A stretch of 34,931 nucleotides of DNA from Deltaproteobacteria bacterium (GTDB lineage Bacteria; Desulfobacterota; Binatia; Bin18). The notes below the pieces were generated by a model. The model had not been told where the DNA came from and did no database searches. It saw only the letters and a list, made by a program, of their open reading frames with translations. The position numbers and the translations under genes were made by a program. Below, in pieces: positions 9,089-14,468 of the stretch; within the stretch, counting starts at the first letter, position 1, and every line of letters begins with the position of its first letter. Location: the NCBI GenBank assembly GCA_013140885.1, contig JABFSC010000778.1, positions 1 through 34,931 of the forward strand, in the 5' to 3' direction.

Positions 9089-9927
9089 AACTATGGCCAT
9101 TCGTAATCGCGGCGGTGGCTCTCGTCGTGGCGTTGTTTGGTGGGTTTTATTTCCTGCGAGTCCACCCTGGAGGCCTGCGTTCGGGGGTATTGGACAAGAC
9201 GGCCTGGCAACGCATGGCCGTTCCCGGCGCGTTGTCCAACGCACACGCATTTTTGGAACACAACTGCGCCGCCTGTCATACTCCGGTGACGGGTGCCGAC
9301 GACATCAAGTGCATCGGCTGCCACGCGAATGACGAAGCTCTGCTTCAGCGTCAGCCCACCGTGTTTCACGCGACGATCGGATCCTGTGCCTCCTGCCACG
9401 GCGAACACCAGGGCGTCGATACACATGTGGGGGAGATGGATCACGCAAAGTTAGCGAAAATCGCCCTTACTTCATTGACAACCACTAGCCCCCAGAGTGA
9501 GCAAAAGCGAGGGAGCACGGACCTTGTGACATGGCTCCGTCCGCACCAAGACATGGTAGCGGCCACGAGCCACCCACAGCTGACTCCGCTGGAGGCGACG
9601 TTGGACTGCCGAACTTGTCACGGTACTAAGGACCGTCACGTCGGACTTTTCGGGGGAGACTGTGCCGCGTGTCATGGGACCGCGGCGTGGACGATCGCTG
9701 CATTCCGCCACCCCTCGCCGCGCTCACTTGACTGCGCCCAGTGTCATCAGGCTCCGCCCAGCCATTACATGGAGCACTTCAACATGGTTTCGAAAAGAGT
9801 CGCTGGGCAAGACAACGATGCGAGTAGTCAGTGTTGCGGCCCAGTGCAAGTCAACCAGTGCTACCGCTGTCATCAGACGACGTCGTGGAACGACATCAAG
9901 GGGGTCGGATGGTACAAGCACCACTGA
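9085..9927 (+). CDS. Membrane-anchored heptaheme c-type cytochrome
   Basis: ATG 9085 overlaps the upstream stop (ATGA) and follows GAGGTGG. The N-terminal anchor is MKLWPFVIAAVALVVALFGGFYFL. There are seven CxxCH motifs: CAACH, CIGCH, CASCH, CRTCH, CAACH, CAQCH, CYRCH. Confidence 0.9.
   Translation: MKLWPFVIAAVALVVALFGGFYFLRVHPGGLRSGVLDKTAWQRMAVPGALSNAHAFLEHNCAACHTPVTGADDIKCIGCHANDEALLQRQPTVFHATIGSCASCHGEHQGVDTHVGEMDHAKLAKIALTSLTTTSPQSEQKRGSTDLVTWLRPHQDMVAATSHPQLTPLEATLDCRTCHGTKDRHVGLFGGDCAACHGTAAWTIAAFRHPSPRSLDCAQCHQAPPSHYMEHFNMVSKRVAGQDNDASSQCCGPVQVNQCYRCHQTTSWNDIKGVGWYKHH
9700..9927 (+). repeat. Copy 1 of a 228-bp dispersed direct repeat (3' end of the cytochrome c gene)
   Basis: Aligned by eye to 18931-19158 with 9 mismatches in 228 bp. 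Similarity ends at both borders. Confidence 0.9.
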
Positions 9928-10062
9928 CAAGGAGAAGGAAGGAACGAACGGCGGCAAGGCTTTCTCAGGACGGTGTTGGCCAGGCACGATCGCCAGCGCG
10001 GCGCCGCGCTCTACCGCCGGACCATGGCAACCCGAGCGACGAGGTCGATCCTACGTCCCTCC

Positions 10063-10083
10063 GAGGCGGGCCGCGCCCGCCTC
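10063..10083 (+). other. Perfect 9-bp GC-rich hairpin (gaggcgggc-cgc-gcccgcctc) downstream of the cytochrome gene; possible transcript end or stabiliser
   Basis: The inverted repeat is read directly from the sequence. No U-tract follows, so an intrinsic-terminator call is weak. Confidence 0.3.
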
Positions 10084-10156
10084 GCTGCTCCAGTTCCCAC
10101 GTTGTTCGGGATAATGCATTCGCATTACCCGTAGATAGAGAATGGAGGAGAACGCC

Positions 10157-10471
10157 ATGATGAAATACAGAATCGTTACACTCGCAATTGTTGCGCTCTT
10201 GTCCGTGTCTTTCCCTGCCTCATCCGTTCTGGCCGCCGAGATGGTTGGTGTCATGATGAAGGATGGCAAGATGATGATGATGGACGGCAAGGCGACGGGA
10301 CCGATGGACCACGAGATGACGATGCCCGACGGCCACAAGATCATGCCTGACGGCACGATGAAAATGAACGACGGCAAAGAGATGCGCATGCAGGAAGGCC
10401 AGATGATGACGATGGACGGGAAGATGCTGGAGGGTGGCAAGGACATGAAAATGGAAGGGATGGACAAGTAG
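10157..10471 (+). CDS. Small secreted, extremely Met-rich repeat protein (M-x-DGK type repeats), probable periplasmic Cu(I)/Ag(I) binder
   Basis: GGAGG (10144-10148) lies 8 nt before ATG 10157. The signal peptide is MMKYRIVTLAIVALLSVSFPASSVLAAE. The mature part reads MMKDGKMMMMDGK...MPDGHKIMPDGTMKMNDGKEMRMQEGQMMTMDGKMLEGGKDMKMEGMDK. Confidence 0.8.
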   Translation: MMKYRIVTLAIVALLSVSFPASSVLAAEMVGVMMKDGKMMMMDGKATGPMDHEMTMPDGHKIMPDGTMKMNDGKEMRMQEGQMMTMDGKMLEGGKDMKMEGMDK

Positions 10472-10636
10472 CTTCTCAGAGTCGTCGGATGTTGTGATGA
10501 CGCCCGGCGTCTTGGCGGCTAGCGGAGCTTGGTAAGGCTTCGCTCCGCCAGTTCGCTGGGCACCCTTGGCGGCTCTTTTGGGGGATAGCACCCGTCAACC
10601 CAATCAAACCAGCCGACGCAAAGAAGGAGAAGAGCA

Positions 10637-11314
10637 ATGAAACGTTACTTAGTGTTGTCAATCGTCGCCCTATTCGCGGCATCTCTCAATGGCGTCACAT
10701 GGGCCGATATGGATGAAATGGGCGCCATGCAAAGCAGCGGCGGCGCCATGCCCGCCGGAGCACCGGCAGCGGGAATGAGCGGGGGTGGTAGCATGGGCAT
10801 GGACAAGATGGAAATGGTCGGGATGATGGGCATGGGCGCGATGAGCAGGGGCGCGATGAGCAGCGGCGCAGCGGGCACTATACCGCAGTCCGCACTGCCC
10901 GGCTTCCCCGGCGCGTCGCACCTTTACCACATTGGCAGTACGGGCTTCTTCCTCGATCACCCGCAGCACATCGGGCTCACGATCGAGCAGCAGGTGGCGC
11001 TCAACAAAGCCAAAAAACAAGCGTTACTCGCGAAGAGCAGGGCCGACCGCGCGATCGGGCAAGCCGAGCAGGAGCTGTGGATACTGACCGCCGCCGATCA
11101 GCCGGACGCCGCGAAAATCCAGGACAAGATTGGCGAAATCGGAAAGCTGAAGAGCGATCAACGGATCGCGTTCATCCGCGCCGTAGGCGACGCGAGCAAC
11201 CTCCTCACCGACGACCAGCGCAAAAGCCTCACTGGTTTCGCGCCACCAGCGTCCGCGAATTCCATGGTAGCTCCCGATGCCGCGATGCCCGCTGGCGGCA
11301 TGAAAGACATGTGA
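10637..11314 (+). CDS. Secreted Met/Gly-rich LTxxQ (CpxP/ZraP-like) protein, paralog of 5516-6403
   Basis: AAGGAG (10623-10628) lies 8 nt before the ATG, and a signal peptide is present. It shares the block ALPGFPGASHLYH[VI]G[AS]TGFFLDHP[EQ]HI.LT[MI]EQQ.AL ... DQR[LI]AFIRAVG[ED]A...LTD[ED]QRK[AS]L and a C-terminal M[SK]DM with the 5516 gene. Confidence 0.8.
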   Translation: MKRYLVLSIVALFAASLNGVTWADMDEMGAMQSSGGAMPAGAPAAGMSGGGSMGMDKMEMVGMMGMGAMSRGAMSSGAAGTIPQSALPGFPGASHLYHIGSTGFFLDHPQHIGLTIEQQVALNKAKKQALLAKSRADRAIGQAEQELWILTAADQPDAAKIQDKIGEIGKLKSDQRIAFIRAVGDASNLLTDDQRKSLTGFAPPASANSMVAPDAAMPAGGMKDM

Positions 11315-11340
11315 GCGGACAACACACCCGGAGGCGAAAC

Positions 11341-11436
11341 ATGGACAAGGCCAATTCGAAACCAGTCGCATTCTCCTGCCACGCGCCCAAGACGAAGGCG
11401 GTATTCGTCGCAGGCGCCTTGAACGATTGGAAGTGA
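11341..11436 (+). pseudogene. 31-codon remnant resembling the N-terminus of a CBM48/AMPK-type glycogen-binding (E-set) domain protein
   Basis: MDKANSKPVAFSCHAPKTKAVFVAGALNDWK* matches the start of the V.F...A..A..V.[LV]AG.FN.W pattern. The ORF stops right after the conserved Trp and the rest of the domain is absent. Confidence 0.4.
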
Positions 11437-11489
11437 GTTGAGGAAGAACCTGCGCCACACACCAAGTAAAGTGAAGGAGTATCACCACT

Positions 11490-12029
11490 GTGAATCGTAT
11501 GAGAACATCAAGAGCACTATCATTAACCACAATTGTCCCTCTGCTCCTTGCCGGCGCCCTTTACGCGCAAGCACAGACCAATGCCTCCTCCGGCGGCATC
11601 ATCCGACGCGCGGGGGAACCAGACTGCGTCCAGATCACGGAGGACAACAAAGAAATGGATCGCGCCGTGCAGACGGCGCACAAGACGGTGAACGAGTTCG
11701 TCGCAGTCCTGCGTTCGCCCGAGGGTAATCAGCGCCGCTTCGCCGTCAAGAAACCGTTCGTCGAAGGGAACAAGGTCGAACACAGTTGGCTGAACGAGGT
11801 TTCCTTCGACGGCCGCCTTTTCCACGGAAAGGTTGACAATGAACCAGTGGACCTCAGGGGAGTGCACCTCGGACAAGAAGTCTCGGTACCGTCGGACGAG
11901 ATTTCCGACTGGATGTACGTTCAGGATGGGCGGCTGGTCGGTGGCTACACCATCAGGGCGATGTACCAAAACATGTCGCCCGCCGAGAAGCAGCGGTTCG
12001 AGAAGGACGCAGACTGTCAAATCCAGTGA
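11490..12029 (+). CDS. Secreted DUF2314-like (YegJ-like) protein
   Basis: GTG 11490 lies 10 nt after AAGGAG. A signal peptide ends at LYAQAQ. The core FAVKKPFVEGNKVEHSWLNEVSFDGRLFHGKVDNEP...ISDWMYVQDGRLVGGYT resembles my recollection of the DUF2314 pattern. Confidence 0.6.
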   Translation: MNRMRTSRALSLTTIVPLLLAGALYAQAQTNASSGGIIRRAGEPDCVQITEDNKEMDRAVQTAHKTVNEFVAVLRSPEGNQRRFAVKKPFVEGNKVEHSWLNEVSFDGRLFHGKVDNEPVDLRGVHLGQEVSVPSDEISDWMYVQDGRLVGGYTIRAMYQNMSPAEKQRFEKDADCQIQ

Positions 12030-12409
12030 ACCCGAAAGAAGCAAAACGTATGAACAATCATAAACTCATCACCGAACAATCCCTCGCGGCAGCGGGCCAA
12101 TCGTCCCTGACGCTCCGCCAATGGCGACGAGCGCTCCACGCAGTCCTCGTGCTGACTGCTATCGTCGTTTTGGCTGGCTGCGCTGGTTACGGTTCGCCCG
12201 GCGGCTTTTACGGCTATCCTGGTCCTTACCGTTCTGGCGGCTTCTACAGCGGCGGAGTCTATCGCGGATATTTTTATGGCAACCAGCATAGTATCGGTCG
12301 CAGTGGATTCAGGGGCGGCGGTGGAACGAGACCCGCGCACGTTGGGAAGAGGCGCTCGATGCATAGTATCGGTCGCAGTGGATTCGGGGGCGGCGGTCGG
12401 AGACATTAG
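12026..12409 (+). CDS. Gly/Tyr/Arg-rich putative lipoprotein with an internal repeat
   Basis: Lipobox-like VLAGC follows a hydrophobic stretch. The mature part is GYGSPGGFYGYPGPYRSGGFYSGGVYRGYFYG followed by two HSIGRSGF[RG]GGG units. The start is GTG 12026 (GTGA overlap with the upstream stop) or ATG 12050. Confidence 0.5.
   Translation: MNPKEAKRMNNHKLITEQSLAAAGQSSLTLRQWRRALHAVLVLTAIVVLAGCAGYGSPGGFYGYPGPYRSGGFYSGGVYRGYFYGNQHSIGRSGFRGGGGTRPAHVGKRRSMHSIGRSGFGGGGRRH
12286..12398 (+). repeat. Direct repeat with a 75-bp period (gcatagtatcggtcgcagtggattc[a/g]ggggcggcggt) inside the lipoprotein ORF
   Basis: The two copies start at 12286 and 12361 and are near-identical over about 36 bp. The repeat is in frame (25 codons apart). 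Confidence 0.85.
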
Positions 12410-12621
12410 GCATGGCGCCATCCAAACAAAACATCCTCGTCACTGGGGGCAGTGGGTTAACCAACCAATCAATGGACCGCTGCGAAACCAAACCTCCGTG
12501 TGGGCGCGTCAACGCTGCACAGGGGCCATCTTCCGCGGGCTGGTATAAACACCACTGAGCGAGTCGGAGAACAGCGACGCGATGACCGCCGCGGTCATTC
12601 AAACACCAATCGGAGTGACCT

Positions 12622-13974
12622 ATGAAAACAGCATCTGAAATCCCGACCAAATCCGCGAAGCGAGAACCGGGGATGCAACTCCTCTTGCTCCTCTTAATCC
12701 TTCTCCCGCTCATCATTCTTTTCCTCCTGCCAGGCGGGGGAATGCTGCACGGCGGCATGTTTTTCTGGATGGGGCTGCTGCTCTGCTTCTGGCTGCTCTC
12801 GATGCTCTTAGGAACGAGAGCGGACAGCGCGCCTGTGGCGACCACGCGTCTCTTGAGCGCAGAAGAGCACCCTGTGGCGGTGAAAGAGGTGATGGACGTT
12901 CGCTTCGCTGAGGAAGAAAATGGCGTTCGGATTTTCCGCGGTCGGCTGCGCGAGCCAGCAGCCGCTGTCTATGCCAAACTCAAGCGCGCTCTCGGTGCCG
13001 AATCCGCGCCGATGGTACAGGCCGACGAGCAGTTCGGCGCTTCCATCTTGCTCGTGCCGGAGCCAGCCGAGAAGGCTGTTGCGGAGCAGCACGCCAGGCT
13101 GTGGGTGAACGGGTTGTTGTTCGCACTCACCGTCGGTACGACTACCTGGGCGGGCGCGGCGCATCAAGGCGTCAATTTGCTCCGCGAGCCGGGACGATTC
13201 ACCGTCGGTCTGCCCTACGCGCTCGGACTACTAGCGATCCTCGGCGTTCACGAATTAGGTCACTACTTCATGGCCCGGCATCATCGCATCCGCGTCACGC
13301 TGCCTTACTTTATTCCGATGCCGTTCGCACTGGGTACGTTTGGCGCATTCATCGAAATGCGCTCGCCCGCCGAGAACCGGCGCGCGCTCTTTGATGTCGC
13401 CGTCGCCGGGCCGCTGGCGGGCTTGGTCATCGCAATCCCGGCGCTTGTGATTGGGCTGCGCTCGTCAGTCATCGTTGCGGCGGCGGCTGAGCCAGCGGCA
13501 GGTATGGCGCACGGCGGAGCCTCTGTCGGCTCGTCGGTGCTACTCGCCTTTCTCGCGAAACTCTCGCTCGGTCCCGCGCTGCTCGAAAGCCATGTGCTGC
13601 AACTCAGCCCGCTCGCCTTCGCCGGCTGGCTCGGCCTCATGATCACCGCCCTCAATCTGCTCCCCATTGGTCAGCTCGACGGTGGCCACATCGCCCGCGC
13701 CATGTTCGGACGCCGCGCGGGTGAAACGATCGGCAGTGTTGCTATGTGGACGCTGCTGCTGCTCGGGCTGTTCGTTTGGCCGGGGCTGCTGACGTGGGCG
13801 ATCATCGTATTTTTTATTGCTGGTCGCGGCGCGCCGCCGTTGGACGATTTGACGCCGCTCACTCCGTCGCGCCGATGGCTGGGCTATGCGGCTTTCGCCA
13901 TGCTCGCCCTCATTCTTGCCCCGCTGCCGCACACGCTATGGGGTGCGGCGGGTATCCACTGCCCTTACATGTAA
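12622..13974 (+). CDS. Site-2 protease family zinc metalloprotease (peptidase M50)
   Basis: HExxH lies in a TM segment (VHELGHYFMARHH) and the second M50 signature is NLLPIGQLDGGHI. The protein is polytopic and hydrophobic. Confidence 0.85.
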   Translation: MKTASEIPTKSAKREPGMQLLLLLLILLPLIILFLLPGGGMLHGGMFFWMGLLLCFWLLSMLLGTRADSAPVATTRLLSAEEHPVAVKEVMDVRFAEEENGVRIFRGRLREPAAAVYAKLKRALGAESAPMVQADEQFGASILLVPEPAEKAVAEQHARLWVNGLLFALTVGTTTWAGAAHQGVNLLREPGRFTVGLPYALGLLAILGVHELGHYFMARHHRIRVTLPYFIPMPFALGTFGAFIEMRSPAENRRALFDVAVAGPLAGLVIAIPALVIGLRSSVIVAAAAEPAAGMAHGGASVGSSVLLAFLAKLSLGPALLESHVLQLSPLAFAGWLGLMITALNLLPIGQLDGGHIARAMFGRRAGETIGSVAMWTLLLLGLFVWPGLLTWAIIVFFIAGRGAPPLDDLTPLTPSRRWLGYAAFAMLALILAPLPHTLWGAAGIHCPYM

Positions 13975-14021
13975 TCGCAACGCGAACTGAAACTCACCCA
14001 GGACCGAAAGGAAAAGTTTGT

Positions 14022-14195
14022 ATGGACTGGAATTCACTGCTCACGCTGGGCGTCATCGGTCTGCTGTTTTTCTTAATGATGCGCCACGGTGGCGGATGTT
14101 GTGGCGGAGGGCATTCGCGGCCCCAGGACATCCGCGAGGAGCCATCAAGCAAAGACGAAGCGCGGTCAGAGCGGGAACAAGCGGGTCGAAGGTGA
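14022..14195 (+). CDS. Small single-TM protein with a Gly/Cys/His tail (DUF2933-like theme)
   Basis: MDWNSLLTLGVIGLLFFLMMRHGGGCCGGGH followed by a charged tail. It lies just upstream of the Cu ATPase. The RBS is weak (AAAGGAAAAG). Confidence 0.4.
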   Translation: MDWNSLLTLGVIGLLFFLMMRHGGGCCGGGHSRPQDIREEPSSKDEARSEREQAGRR

Positions 14196-14468
14196 ACACG
14201 CCCGCTCGAAGCATCGCGGAGCGCGGTTGCTCGAAATTGATGGAAGAACCACGGCAAAATTGATGGGAGACAGCAACAACCAAGAAAGAAACCTGAATCC
14301 ACGGCCAAGCATTGAATTTGCCGGTTTCGGACTCAGTTTATGTGGCTTAGCGGCAATCTCCATTTTCACCCATTGGGTGCTGTCTCGGTATTGCGCTAGG
14401 GACCGCTGTCATTGGGAGAAACTGCATTTTTGATTCTTTACCCGTGGATTCAGGAAAGAAACATAACC

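Noticed and set aside
10051-10467. 138-aa Ile/Ser/Pro-rich ORF on the - strand.
   Set aside because: It is antisense to the Met-repeat gene, so ATG-rich sense codons give CAT/ATC-rich antisense. The sense ORF has an RBS and a signal peptide.
11434-11436. The TGA ending the CBM48-like stump, considered as a possible selenocysteine or readthrough codon.
   Set aside because: Readthrough would add only 10 codons before a TAA, and the rest of the domain is absent in every frame. No SECIS-like context was evident.
14436-14468. TTGATT -35-like hexamer upstream of copA copy 1, considered as a MerR/CueR-type promoter.
   Set aside because: There is no convincing -10 hexamer at 17-20 bp spacing, no dyad-symmetric operator between the elements, and no MerR-family gene nearby.
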